Positions 1-9,928 of a DNA stretch of 64,000 nt are shown in pieces. The number at the start of each line of letters is the position of its first letter. Within the stretch, counting starts at the first letter, position 1. Under the pieces are notes generated by a model, which was not told the DNA's origin, ran no database searches, and saw nothing but the letters and a program-made list of their open reading frames with translations. The position numbers were made by a program, and so were the translations under genes. Origin of the DNA: an uncultured Gemmatimonadales bacterium (lineage in GTDB: Bacteria; Gemmatimonadota; Gemmatimonadetes; Gemmatimonadales; GWC2-71-9); assembly GCA_963779755.1 (NCBI GenBank), contig CAVZZO010000001.1, positions 640,001 to 704,000 of the forward strand. Reading direction: 5' to 3'.

Positions 1-1345
1 CCATCTGCGCTCCCTGCAGTTCGTCCAGCGGGCCGATGGCGGCGGCCGTAAGGAGGCGGTCGGCTGCCTCCGCCGCTCCCGCCCCGAGCATGGCCCGGGC
101 GGCCGCCAGGGCCCGGGTTGCCCGCCGGGCCGGATCAGGCGTCAACTGACTGGCGCGTTCCAGGAACGCGGCCGCGGCCGCCATCCCACCCCGGGCCTGA
201 GCCCGGACGGCGGAGCGTTCCAGCTCGCCGGCGACCGGTTCATCCGGGCCCACCGCGGCGTGGGCCAGATGCCAGGCGCGCCGGTCAGGGTCGGCCACCG
301 GATCGGTGGCGTCCGCCAACGCCGCGTGAATCGCCTGGCGTTCCGGCAGAGTTCTCGCGCGGTACGCCGCCCGCCGCAGCAGCGGATGGCGGAAACGGAC
401 GCGGGCGCCGAACTCGACCAGCCCGGCCGACTCGGCGGGCCCGGCTGCGCCGGCGCCGATGCCCAGCCCCGCGGCGGCTCGCCACAGCAGCGTGACATCG
501 CCCACCGGATCGGCCGCCGCGATGACCAGGAGGCGCTGGGTTTCCCCCGGCAGCGACCGAAGCTGGCGGAGGAAGCTCTCTTCGATCCGCGTTCCCAGGG
601 CATCGGGATCGGGTGGGGCGAATCCGCCCGCCAGCTCCGTCACCGTCAATCCGTTCGGTAGCTCCAGGAGGGCCAGGGGGTTGCCGCGGGCCTCGGAGAT
701 AATGCGGTCCCGCACCTGCTCGTCCAGGCGTCCGGGGAGCACCGAGCGCAGCAGCGCCCGGGCGTCGCTGTCGCCCAGACCGGGCACCGTCAGCACCGGC
801 AGGCCCTCCAGCTCCGGCCGATCGGCGGGGACCCGAACCGCAAACACCAGCCCAACCGCCTCGGCGAGGAGTCTCCGCGCTACGAAGGCAAGCACCTGGG
901 CCGACGCCTGATCGAGCCATTGGGCATCATCCACCAGGCAGACGACGGGGCCGTCCCCGGCCACGTCGGACAGCAGGCTCAGGACGGCCAGCCCGACGAG
1001 AAACCGATCGGGGGTCGGGCCGGAGGACCGGCCGAACGCAGTGTTGAGGGCATCCTGCTGCAAGGCGGGGAGATGCGGCAGCCGATGCAGCATCTGAGCA
1101 CAGAGCTGCTGCACGCCGGCGAAGGGAAGCTCCATCTCGGACTCGACGCCAATGGTCCGGGCGAGGTGGCATCCGGCCGCGGTTTCCGCCAGGTACTCCA
1201 GCAGGGCGGTCTTGCCGACGCCGGCCTCTCCTCGCAGCACCAGTACCTGGCTGCGGTCGGCCCGCACTTCAGCAAGCAGGCGATCGAGCGTTTCACGCTC
1301 ACCGCGCCGGCCATGCAATACCGGCACGGGATGCAGGGTGGACAT
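1..1345 (-). CDS. AAA-ATPase/LuxR-family transcriptional regulator, N-terminal part (runs off the window)
   Basis: Manual translation gives MSTLHPVPVLHGRRGERETLDRLL..LRGEAGVGKT (Walker A)..CLVDDAQWLD..GNPLALLEL..RFRHPL. It is missing from the ORF track because no stop lies in the window. Confidence 0.85.
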   Translation of the reverse strand, partial: MSTLHPVPVLHGRRGERETLDRLLAEVRADRSQVLVLRGEAGVGKTALLEYLAETAAGCHLARTIGVESEMELPFAGVQQLCAQMLHRLPHLPALQQDALNTAFGRSSGPTPDRFLVGLAVLSLLSDVAGDGPVVCLVDDAQWLDQASAQVLAFVARRLLAEAVGLVFAVRVPADRPELEGLPVLTVPGLGDSDARALLRSVLPGRLDEQVRDRIISEARGNPLALLELPNGLTVTELAGGFAPPDPDALGTRIEESFLRQLRSLPGETQRLLVIAAADPVGDVTLLWRAAAGLGIGAGAAGPAESAGLVEFGARVRFRHPLLRRAAYRARTLPERQAIHAALADATDPVADPDRRAWHLAHAAVGPDEPVAGELERSAVRAQARGGMAAAAAFLERASQLTPDPARRATRALAAARAMLGAGAAEAADRLLTAAAIGPLDELQGAQM

Positions 1346-1480
1346 AGCAGCGCCGTGGCTGGGGGGAGGAGCCCTCGGCTGGGCCAAGCACAATATTATA
1401 ACGCCGTATGCCCGCCACCCCGCAGGGGACTCAAGTCACACCATTGGTAGAGGCGGCAAGAGGTAAGGCGTGAGGCACAC

Positions 1481-1740
1481 CGTCATTGCGAGGGCACGCA
1501 GCACCCGTGGCGATCTCATGGCCTCGCGGCGGGTGGGCTGTCTTGCCCGGCTGGTCGGGTCTTGTGGAAATGAAACCGCAGATTTGGCAGACTTGCGCAG
1601 ATTGATCTCCGGTATTGCATCCTTCCGCCGGCCATCCCTGCTCCAGGAAGACGAACAACAGGAAGTGGAAGGACGGCAATCCGGCATCGCTCCGCGGAGC
1701 CACGCGAATGACCGGAGCAGATCCGCGTAATCTGCGGTTT
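1481..1740. repeat. Palindromic composite: GTCATTGCGAG arm plus CGCAGATT/AATCTGCG 9-mer inverted repeats
   Basis: Same motifs occur at 25523-25750 and 55714-56265. Confidence 0.7.
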
Positions 1741-1909
1741 CATCAGTCTTTTCCTGAATCCTGCTCCGGCCATTGCCACACGCCGGCCGCGGCCGGCCAC
1801 GCCGAGTCGAGGCGCTCAGGACTCGAGGCGGAGTCAGTCGAGCCTCCCGGGCGCAGTCCGCCCCCGCCACGAACCGGTCCGCGTTCGCGGCAGGGGCGGG
1901 AACCGATCT

Positions 1910-2368
1910 CTACGGGTGCGTGGCGTCCTGCTGCTGCCCGCTCGGGTCGTCCGCCGGGTTCACGTAGGTCAGCTGGAACGGCCCCCTCGAGTGAACCTGC
2001 ACCACCGTGCGCCCCTTCGTGATCACGTAGTGATTCATGTGCGCCGGCAGGTTGACGTACCCGCCGCTGGGCAGCGGCGCCGTCTTGTCCACCTTCAGGG
2101 TGTCGCCCATGCCGTACATCAGCGTGCCCTCGATCACCGTCACGAATTCATCGCTGGGATGGGAGTGGGCGGCAATCCGGTAGCCGTCCGGCATCTCCAG
2201 CCGCACGGTGAACTCTCCGGCCTTGCCCGGATCGCCCTGGAGCACGGCCATCCGGGAGCCGGCGGGAAAGACGGCGGGTGCCGGGCCCCAGGCTGGGGCG
2301 GGCGCCTGGCCCTGGGCCGACGATACACCCAACGCCGCGCATGCGGCGACAGGGATGAACCAGCGCAT
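1910..2368 (-). CDS. Secreted cupin-domain protein
   Basis: Signal peptide; cupin motifs HSHPSDEFVTVIEG and HMNHY. Confidence 0.85.
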   Translation of the reverse strand: MRWFIPVAACAALGVSSAQGQAPAPAWGPAPAVFPAGSRMAVLQGDPGKAGEFTVRLEMPDGYRIAAHSHPSDEFVTVIEGTLMYGMGDTLKVDKTAPLPSGGYVNLPAHMNHYVITKGRTVVQVHSRGPFQLTYVNPADDPSGQQQDATHP

Positions 2369-2499
2369 AAAGCCTCCCTGGCTTGTGGACGACTGCGGTG
2401 GGTCCTGCGGTACCAGGTTGAGCTCCTCGTCCTAACTCTGCTGATCCGGGCAAAACGCGCAAGAGGGGAATTGTCCGTGTGTCCTGTTGCTCGCCGTGT

Positions 2500-2614
2500 C
2501 GCGACCTGCCTCGGCATCGCGGGAGCGCTGGCGGCAACCGCGGTGGCCGGTTTGCTCGGGCCGGTGCGCCGGGTGCTCCGGCTTCAGCCGATAAGTGCGA
2601 TCCGGCTGGAGTAG
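2500..2614 (+). pseudogene. C-terminal remnant of an FtsX/MacB-type ABC permease
   Basis: ATAVAGLLGPVRRVLRLQPISAIRLE* matches the typical P-x-RR-x-x-R-x-x-P-x-x-A-(I/L)-R-x-E terminus; no upstream gene body. Confidence 0.5.
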
Positions 2615-2746
2615 CGGCCCATCCCCGGCGGCTTAACGCTTGAAGGGAAGCCGGTGGGCGTGCTTCCCCATGCACCTTCCGGCTGCAAACCGATCGGAAC
2701 CGGATTTCCGACAGGTCGTCACCCGCGCGGCCATGGGTAACGCCGC

Positions 2747-2900
2747 TCAGCCATTCTTGTCACTCCGTGGCGGGCTCCCGGCGACCAGCATACGCTCTGC
2801 GAAGTCGAGGCGTTCCTGCAGTTCGGCCACCTGTGCGCGCATATCGTTGAGACCGTCAGTCAGCGCGTCGACCGCCGCTCCCGCAGCAAGCCCCGGGGCT
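2747..2900 (-). pseudogene. Small coiled-coil protein or remnant (ELQERLDFAERML)
   Basis: Only the C-terminal motif is recognisable; no clear start. Confidence 0.35.
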
Positions 2901-2966
2901 CCCAAAGTCGCCCGCGTGCAAGATATCCCGCGCGGCCGTGACGTGCGAACGCTCCGCTCAGCTACG

Positions 2967-4799
2967 TCAGTCCCCGGGCCGCGCGCCCGGGTCGCCCGGT
3001 CCGGCGGAGAGACGGCGCGAACCGGCCGCCGGGGAGGGTGATGTCCCGAACACTGATGCCGAGTGCAGGTCCCCCTCCAGCGCGGCGAGCAGCCCCTCCA
3101 GTTCCGTTCGGCCCTGACGCAGGGCATGGCCATATCCCCAGCGGCATCCCGCCAGCGACAGCCCGCCGGCCAGCGCGGCGCCGCCCACGGCCACCATCGC
3201 GGCGAACGGACCCAGCGCGACAGTCAGCCCGAGCCCGGCCCCGGCGGCGGCCCCGGCCGACCCCGCCAGGCTGGTGACCCACTTGTCCACGGTCCATGCC
3301 TTGCGCAGCCCCCGCCGGAGATCGCCCGACACCGTGACTTCGCATCCGGTCACGGGTGCGCCCAGCGGTTTCAGTGCCACGTGGAGCTGCTCCAGCTCGA
3401 GCTGCGTCATCCGGTGGCTGAACAGGCCCCTCGCCCCGTCGAACGCGACGATGGCGGACCGCAGCATCGGCACGTTGAATACGAGGATGCCGCCGTCGAG
3501 GGGATGCCCGCCGACCGTGTCGCGCAACTTGAGCCCGTAGGGGAGCGCCGGGAACACCCGCCCGATCGCCTCGAGCACCGCGGCGGGTGTCGCCGGGATC
3601 ACGCGCGAACAGGAGATGCTGCGATCCCGCGTGCCCAGCATCCGGGTCAGCCGGCGCTCCTCCCGATCCGAGAGGTCCGCTGACCGTGCCCCCGATCCCG
3701 CCGGCCGCTCCGCAATGGCCATGGCCACGAATTCCGCCGCGATGCCCGCCTCCTCCGCCGCGCGTTCCACGTCCTGCAGTCGATACCCGTTATTCGCCGG
3801 GCCGGCCGCAGGCGCACTCCCTGACGCAGGCTCCCGGTATCGCGCCTGCAGCCTGGTGGTGGCCTCCGCCTGCAGCTGGGCGGCGCGCGACCAGATGGCG
3901 CGGGCCTGATCGGTGCTCACCACCTCCGCCAGGGAGCCGGCGGCCGCCGGCAGGGCCGCCGACCGCAGCGCCGTCTCCAGCGCCTCGGCAAAGGCCTCCC
4001 CGGTGGGATACCGGTCGGCGGGCTGCTTGCTGAGACTCCGGTCGACGACCGCCACGAGTGCGCCCGGCACGTCCGGCGCGACGGACGCCAGCGAGGGGGC
4101 GGGGCGCGTCACCTGCTGTGCCATCACCGACGCGGCCTCCGCTCCCTCGAACGGCAGTCGGCCGCTCAGGATCTGGAAGCCGACGACGCCGAGCGAGTAG
4201 AGATCGCTCCGGCCGTCGAGGGTGTCGCCGGCGGCCTGCTCCGGACTCATGTAGTGGGCCGAGCCGAGCACCATGCCGCCCTCCGTCAGGGGGGTGGCCC
4301 GCTGGTTCTGCGCGATGCCGAAATCCGTCACGACGGCGCGATTGGCGCCGCGCTCGATCATGATGTTCTCCGGCTTCACGTCGCGGTGGACCACGCCACG
4401 GGCGTGCGCGTAGGCCAGCGCCCACGCCGCCTCGCGCAGGACCCGCACCGCCTCCGCCGGCGGGAGGGGGCCGCGGGCCCGGACGCGCTCGGCCAGATTC
4501 TCGCCCTCCACGAAGCCCATGGCGAAGAAGGCCACGCCGTCGATCTCGTCGGCCCGGTAGATCGGCACGATATTCGGATGGGCGAGCTGGGCCGAGGTGC
4601 GCGCCTCGCGGAGGAACCGCTCGCGCAGCTCGGGGCTGGCCGCCAGCGCGCGGGGGAGAACCTTGATGGCCACCGGCCGGTCCAGGCGGACATCCCGGGC
4701 CAGGTAGACCACCCCCATCCCGCCGCGCCCGAGCTCCCGCTCGAGCGTGTATTGGCCGGCAAGCAACGCCTGCAGTGGGGCGAACGATTCAGAAGTCAT
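2967..4799 (-). CDS. Hanks-type Ser/Thr protein kinase with C-terminal membrane segments
   Basis: GRGGMG, VAIK, HRDVKPEN, DFG, YMSPEQ, DLYSLG motifs. Confidence 0.95.
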   Translation of the reverse strand: MTSESFAPLQALLAGQYTLERELGRGGMGVVYLARDVRLDRPVAIKVLPRALAASPELRERFLREARTSAQLAHPNIVPIYRADEIDGVAFFAMGFVEGENLAERVRARGPLPPAEAVRVLREAAWALAYAHARGVVHRDVKPENIMIERGANRAVVTDFGIAQNQRATPLTEGGMVLGSAHYMSPEQAAGDTLDGRSDLYSLGVVGFQILSGRLPFEGAEAASVMAQQVTRPAPSLASVAPDVPGALVAVVDRSLSKQPADRYPTGEAFAEALETALRSAALPAAAGSLAEVVSTDQARAIWSRAAQLQAEATTRLQARYREPASGSAPAAGPANNGYRLQDVERAAEEAGIAAEFVAMAIAERPAGSGARSADLSDREERRLTRMLGTRDRSISCSRVIPATPAAVLEAIGRVFPALPYGLKLRDTVGGHPLDGGILVFNVPMLRSAIVAFDGARGLFSHRMTQLELEQLHVALKPLGAPVTGCEVTVSGDLRRGLRKAWTVDKWVTSLAGSAGAAAGAGLGLTVALGPFAAMVAVGGAALAGGLSLAGCRWGYGHALRQGRTELEGLLAALEGDLHSASVFGTSPSPAAGSRRLSAGPGDPGARPGD

Positions 4800-4950
4800 C
4801 GAGGAGGCGCAACCTCACGGGCATCGTCGTTGTCGCGTAGCGAGCGGTGCCGGTATCGATCCTGGGCATCTGCGGGATGCCGGCACCGCCTTCGAGCCGT
4901 GTCCGCCATCGGAGATCACGTAAGGTACTCTGATACGCCGGTGCTGATCA

Positions 4951-5900
4951 TCAGTCTTCCCGCGGACTCGCGCGGACAATGTCATCATCCAGGCCGGGAA
5001 GCACCCACAACGCCGCCAATCGCCACTCGCCCGCCTGGCGGGCCAGCACCCAGGTACCGCGGGCGTACCGTACCGGTACCAGCCGCGCCGCGGCTTGCGG
5101 CAGTGCACCGGTGCCGATGACGTTGAGCAGGGCCACATCGGGTGCGATCATCCGGATCTGATCGACAATCATGAGCGCCCGGTAGGGCCGGGGATCGCCG
5201 AAATAGGTGCGCCACCAGCGGCGAATGGCGTCGCGGCCGCGGATCGGCGGGAGATTGCGGATGAGGATTTCCGCATCGGGCCGGTAGAGGGCGCTCAGAG
5301 CTGCCGGGTCGTGGGCATTGAAGGCGTCTTCGTACGCCGCCACAAAGGCCCGCAGACCGGGCCGGAACGCTTCGGCGGCTTCACGGGAGTCATGGAGAAT
5401 CACCTGGTCCGCTTCCGTGGGCAGGCCGCGCATGGCCGCAATGCACCAGGCGCTGTCCTGCCGGTGCCAGAGCCAGGTCCCCCGGAACTTTCTGGCCCGC
5501 AGCGGGCCGCCCTGGTCATCCTGTCCGCCGGTTGTCGTCCCGACCGTCATCACGGCGACGTCGGGCGTAAGGAAGCTGACCGGACTCACGTCCAGCGTCA
5601 GCTGCCGGCCGGGTTCCTGCCGCCTGAAGTACTCCCGCCACCAGTCCCCGATCTGCCGCCGGCCGCTCACCGCCGGCAGGTTGCCCATGACGAAGTCCGC
5701 GTCCTCGGTAAAGAACGCCGAGAGCGCCCGCCCGTCGTGTGTATTCCAGACGTGCACGTAGGCTTCGGTACGCGCCTGGAGGGCAGCGCTGTCCCGGGCG
5801 GTCTGTGCCGGCAGGGCGCTGGGCCAAGCAGCGAAGCACAGGATCGTTGCCAGCGTGGCGCCGCAGGCGGCCGTCAGGTGTGGACGTCCAGATCTCGCCA
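4951..5900 (-). CDS. Secreted tandem NTF2-like (SgcJ/EcaC, DUF4440) protein
   Basis: Two repeats of WN/FNxHD..FTEDA..G R..I..WW..PDVA..W. Start chosen at MARSGRPH. Confidence 0.75.
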
Positions 5901-6009
5901 TGCCGCAACCTCCTCTCGGTTGGGGGCATCCGGTGGCCGACGGCGCCGGGCCCGAGGCGGCGGGTTTCTCCGTCTCCCACCTCCACCTCGACTTCTTCAG
6001 CAGCGACAC

Positions 6010-6294
6010 TGCCCCTTCCGGGGTTCCGATAGGTGAGGTGGTTCTCAATACCCGCATCATAGGCGTTCGGCCCCAAAGCCTCCTTCTTACCCTCTCTATG
6101 TAGGGTCCAAGTTGCCACACGATGTTGCCGGCGGTCAGCGCTTCAAGTGTCGCAAGGTCATGTTCCTTGCTGGCCCGGGCATACCGCTCGAACTGTTGGA
6201 CCACGCCAGGGGGGTGGACGCACCCCGCCAGCGTCAGCGACGCGGCCGAGAGCAGAACACCTGGAACGGCGAAGCTCCAGAAACGCGTCGTCAT
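6010..6294 (-). pseudogene. Truncated NTF2-like lipoprotein, probable former cassette gene
   Basis: Lipobox LAGC, RBS, preceded by core site GTTAGAC (6323-6329); frame degenerates after about 65 codons. Confidence 0.45.
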
Positions 6295-6433
6295 GTCTCC
6301 AATCTTCTCATCCTTCTTGCCCGTCTAACGGCGAATGAGTTCAGCGGCTGTGCCCGGCAGCGTTTGAGAGCTACTCACCTAACGGACGGCCCGCGTGTTG
6401 GGACCCGGCGACGCAAACGGAGCCGCCCCCCTA

Positions 6434-6895
6434 TCAATGCTCCGTCCCGGGCATTATTCCAATCTGCCGGAGAAAGGCCACATTGTCCCAGCTCACCCAG
6501 GTCTCGGCGATCTTCCCGTCCTCGAGCCGCTGGATGACGATGTTCACCAACTCGAACTTCTTCCCCGTGGCCGGTAGATCTCCGAGCGCACCGACCTGGG
6601 TTCCGGTCATGGTCTCGACGTAGGCGACCCGGTCGCCGTCGGCGATCATCTGGCTGAGGGTGTCGTGGTGATCCGGCACCGCCTGGAGCCAATCCCGGAT
6701 GAAACCGAGGAACTCCTTCGTCCCCTGGAGCTCCTGGAGTTCGGGGGGCATGGCCTGGCAGTGGCGGACGTAGCTCGGCGAGAGCTCGGCCGCGAAGGCT
6801 TCGACGTTGCGGTCGTTCAGTGCCTCATGGGCTCGTCGAACCACCTCCACGTTGCGGTCTTCGGTCTCTTCGCGCGTCGGGTTCCCGGGCTCCAT
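6434..6895 (-). CDS. SnoaL-like ester cyclase
   Basis: AVPDHHDTLSQMIADGDRVA..TGTQVG..PATGKKF..EDGKIAETW. Confidence 0.9.
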   Translation of the reverse strand: MEPGNPTREETEDRNVEVVRRAHEALNDRNVEAFAAELSPSYVRHCQAMPPELQELQGTKEFLGFIRDWLQAVPDHHDTLSQMIADGDRVAYVETMTGTQVGALGDLPATGKKFELVNIVIQRLEDGKIAETWVSWDNVAFLRQIGIMPGTEH

Positions 6896-7055
6896 GTCTG
6901 CCTCCTTTGCTCCGGCAACGGTGACTGCGTCCAATCGCCGCCGCGTCACTCCGGGATCGTCATCAGGCCCCGGATCATCGCAGATTCCGGCATCCGCTCC
7001 GCAGAATGCTTCTCAGGAAGCAGGTAGCCTTTCGAGCACTGCGTTCTGCAGTGCC

Positions 7056-7176
7056 GCCTGGCGCATCTTGGACCTGCAAGGACCACCTCCTCCAGTCCCG
7101 AAATCATCTTACGAACCGCTACCGAATTCCACAACGTTGCCAACGGCCCCGCCGCGAGCAGGCCCGGCGGGCTCCG
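7056..7176 (-). other. Degenerate attI + Pc + intI 3' tail module (copy 4)
   Basis: TTGGACCTGC motif, TTGTGG-17-TAAGAT (7134-7106), tail RSPPGLL; core decayed to GCCAGGC. Confidence 0.7.
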
Positions 7177-7304
7177 CCGGCCGGGGTTGTCACGGCTGAG
7201 TACGCTGCCCAGCCGCCCCGAGAGAAGGCAGGTAGAGCACAGAAGTATCGCATCAGACTCTGGCAAGTCTGCCGCGGGCGGGGAAGGTGGCTGGCGGGGA
7301 TTCT

Positions 7305-7350
7305 TCATTTCAGTGACAGGCATGGCCGAGACACGGCTTCGGTCGAGAGG
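7305..7350. repeat. CTTCAG double-palindrome element (degenerate copy)
   Basis: Similar to copies at 31908, 37006, 39001 and 40457. Confidence 0.6.
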
Positions 7351-7369
7351 GGGATCCTGGCTCCAGTTC

Positions 7370-8282
7370 GAAAGGGCTGTCACCCTGAGGCCGCGCCAGC
7401 GGCCGAAGGGGCCGAAGCTGAAGGCTGGCTTCGGTCCCTTCGCTGCGCTCAGGGTGACCTAACCCCCGTCCCCCTTCCCGGTTGGGAAGGGGGGACCGGG
7501 GTGGCCAGTTCGGAGAGAAGATGGAACCGGGACGGGCGGTGCGAAAGGGCTGTCACCCTGAGGCCGCGCCAGCGGCCGAAGGGGCCGAAGCTGAAGGCTG
7601 GCTTCGGTCCCTTCGCTGCGCTCAGGGTGACCTAACCCCCTGTCCCCCTTCCCGGTTGGGAAGGGGGGACCGGGGTGGCCAGTTCGGAGAGAAGATGGAA
7701 CCGGGACGGGCGGTGCGAAAGGGCTGTCACCCTGAGGCCGCGCCAGCGGCCGAAGGGGCCGAAGCTGAAGGCTGGCTTCGGTCCCTTCGCTGCGCTCAGG
7801 GTGACCTAACCCCCTGTCCCCCTTCCCGGTTGGGAAGGGGGGACCGGGGTGGCCAGTTCGGAGAGAAGATGGAACCGGGACGGGCGGTGCGAAAGGGCTG
7901 TCACCCTGAGGCCGCGCCAGCGGCCGAAGGGGCCGAAGCTGAAGGCTGGCTTCGGTCCCTTCGCTGCGCTCAGGGTGACCTAACCCCCTGTCCCCCTTCC
8001 CGGTTGGGAAGGGGGGACCGGGGTGGCCAGTTCGGAGAGAAGATGGAACCGGGACGGCCGGCTCGAAAGGGCTGTCACCCTGAGGCCGCGCCAGCGGCCG
8101 AAGGGACCGAAGCTGAAGGCATAATCTCGGCCCCTTCGCTGCGTTCAGGGTGACAATCCAGTGCGCCTCCGGCGCTCGCCGCGTATCGGCCAGCATCCCT
8201 GTCACCCTGAGGCCGCGCCAGCGGCCGAAGGGGCCGAAGCTGAAGGTACGGTTTCGGCCCCTTCGCTGTGCTCAGGGTGACA
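7370..8282. repeat. Tandem REP/BIME-like mosaic, 173-174 bp period
   Basis: GTCACCCTGAG..CTCAGGGTGAC palindromes start at 7379, 7552, 7726, 7900, 8074 and 8201. The first four are each followed by a CCCCCTTCCC-GGGAAGGGGG hairpin. Confidence 0.95.
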
Positions 8283-8311
8283 ATAAGCTCTGTCTCCGCG
8301 CCCGGCCCCTC

Positions 8312-8345
8312 TTGACAACGCCAGGCAGTTTGACGATCATCAAAC
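8312..8345 (+). promoter_or_regulatory. Sigma70-like promoter with palindromic ArsR-type operator
   Basis: TTGACA-17-GATCAT; GTTTGA-N6-TCAAAC at 8328-8345, with a related copy at 8690-8707. Confidence 0.6.
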
Positions 8346-8346
8346 C

Positions 8347-8655
8347 ATGACGACCCGGGCCGCCCCTCCAACCCTCACCAGCCGGCAATTCGAGCTGGTG
8401 GCCAAGGCACTCGCCGATCCCCGGCGCATGCAGCTGCTGGAGGCGATCTCGAGCACGCGGGAGTTTCCCTGTTCGCGCCTGTGCGAGCTGTTCCCCGTCT
8501 CCAAGGGGACGATCTCCCACCATATGAAGGAACTGCTGCGGGCCGGCCTGATCAACGCGCGGCGGGAAGGCCAGCATCTGCTCTACGAAGTGCGCCGGGA
8601 GACGCTGGATGCCTATACCAACGAATTGATGAGACGCCTGGGCCAGGCCGGGTAG
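8347..8655 (+). CDS. ArsR/SmtB-family regulator
   Basis: KALADPRRMQLL..SKGTISHHMKELLRAGLI..REG. Confidence 0.93.
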   Translation: MTTRAAPPTLTSRQFELVAKALADPRRMQLLEAISSTREFPCSRLCELFPVSKGTISHHMKELLRAGLINARREGQHLLYEVRRETLDAYTNELMRRLGQAG

Positions 8656-8733
8656 GCCGCAGCAGGTGGGCTCTTTTTTTTAACTTAGTGTTTGATAGTT
8701 GTAAAACTGTTGTACAGCACGACCGGGCGAGGA

Positions 8734-8760
8734 TGTCGATTTCGCGATCGCCCAAACGAC
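8734..8760 (+). promoter_or_regulatory. ECF42-like sigma promoter
   Basis: TGTCGA-17 bp-CGAC. Confidence 0.55.
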
Positions 8761-8807
8761 GAAGAGAGGTAGTGCAGCCCAACACCCTGATGCACGAGGA
8801 GCCCCCC

Positions 8808-9917
8808 ATGCGTACCACTCCCCGGCTGAATACCCGCGGCTGGGCCGGACCCACGTTGCTCCTGGGCCTGATTGCCCTGACCGGCGGCGGACTTGCCGTC
8901 TGGAAGCACACTAGTCTCCGGCACGCCGAAGCAGTGGCGGCCGCGCAACCCGAACAGGTGCTGACGGTCACGTCGGCGGTGGCGGAGCAACGTCGGTACC
9001 GCGCCACCACCACCTCGATCGGCACCGTGCTGGCGCTCAACTCGGTCAGCCTGCGAAACGAGCTGGCCGGCACCGTCCGCGAGGTCCGGATGCGGCCGGG
9101 GCAGATCGTGGAGCCCGGCGCCCTGCTGGTCGCCCTCGACGTCTCCGTGGAGCAGGCCGAGCTGGATGCCGAGACCGCCGAAGCCAGGCTGGCGGAAACC
9201 ACGCTGGCCCGGCTGGAGCGGCTGAGAAAGGTCCAGGCCACCTCGCAGGAAGAGGTGGACCAGGCGCGAGCGGCGCGGGACGTGGCCCAGGCGCAGATCG
9301 AACGGACCCGGGCCGTTATTGCCCGCAAGACCATCCGGGCGCCGTTCCGGGGCCGGGTCGGCCTGGCCGATATCCATCCCGGCCAGTACCTGAACGAGGG
9401 CACCGAGCTGACCACGCTGCAGGGGGTGGATGCGGCGGCGAACGTGGACTTTACGGTGGCCCAGACGGTCGCCGCGGAACTGAGGCCGGGTCAGCCGGTC
9501 ACGGTGATCCCCGCGGGAGATTCGTCATCGTCCCCGGTGACGGCCCGGATCGTCGCCATCGACGCCCAGGTGGATCCTACCACCCGGAATGCCGCGGTGC
9601 GGGCCCGAATCCCCGACCATGCCCCGGCCCCGGGAGCCTCGGTGCGGGTGGAAGTGCCGGTCGGTCCGCCGACCACGGTCGTGGGCATTCCGGTGAGTGC
9701 GCTGCGCCAGGGGCCCGGAGGCGACCACGTGTTCCTCCTCGCCGATACGGCGGGCCAGACGCGGGCGCATCTCCAGCCGGTGGTGAGCGGCCCGGTGACG
9801 GGCGATGAGGTGCTCATCCTGCGGGGGTTGCGGCCGGGACAGCGGGTCGCGACGTCCGGATCCTTCAAGCTGCGCGAATCGGCCCTGGTGGCCGTCGCCG
9901 GCGATTCCACCCGCTGA
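8808..9917 (+). CDS. RND efflux periplasmic adaptor (MFP)
   Basis: N-terminal TM, IRAPFRGRVG, VDPTTR motifs; RBS GAGGAG. Confidence 0.93.
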   Translation: MRTTPRLNTRGWAGPTLLLGLIALTGGGLAVWKHTSLRHAEAVAAAQPEQVLTVTSAVAEQRRYRATTTSIGTVLALNSVSLRNELAGTVREVRMRPGQIVEPGALLVALDVSVEQAELDAETAEARLAETTLARLERLRKVQATSQEEVDQARAARDVAQAQIERTRAVIARKTIRAPFRGRVGLADIHPGQYLNEGTELTTLQGVDAAANVDFTVAQTVAAELRPGQPVTVIPAGDSSSSPVTARIVAIDAQVDPTTRNAAVRARIPDHAPAPGASVRVEVPVGPPTTVVGIPVSALRQGPGGDHVFLLADTAGQTRAHLQPVVSGPVTGDEVLILRGLRPGQRVATSGSFKLRESALVAVAGDSTR

Positions 9918-9928
9918 GGGAGGCCACC

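Noticed and set aside
7370..8282. CRISPR array
   Set aside because: The units are essentially identical with no unique spacers, the period is 174 bp, and no cas genes are present.
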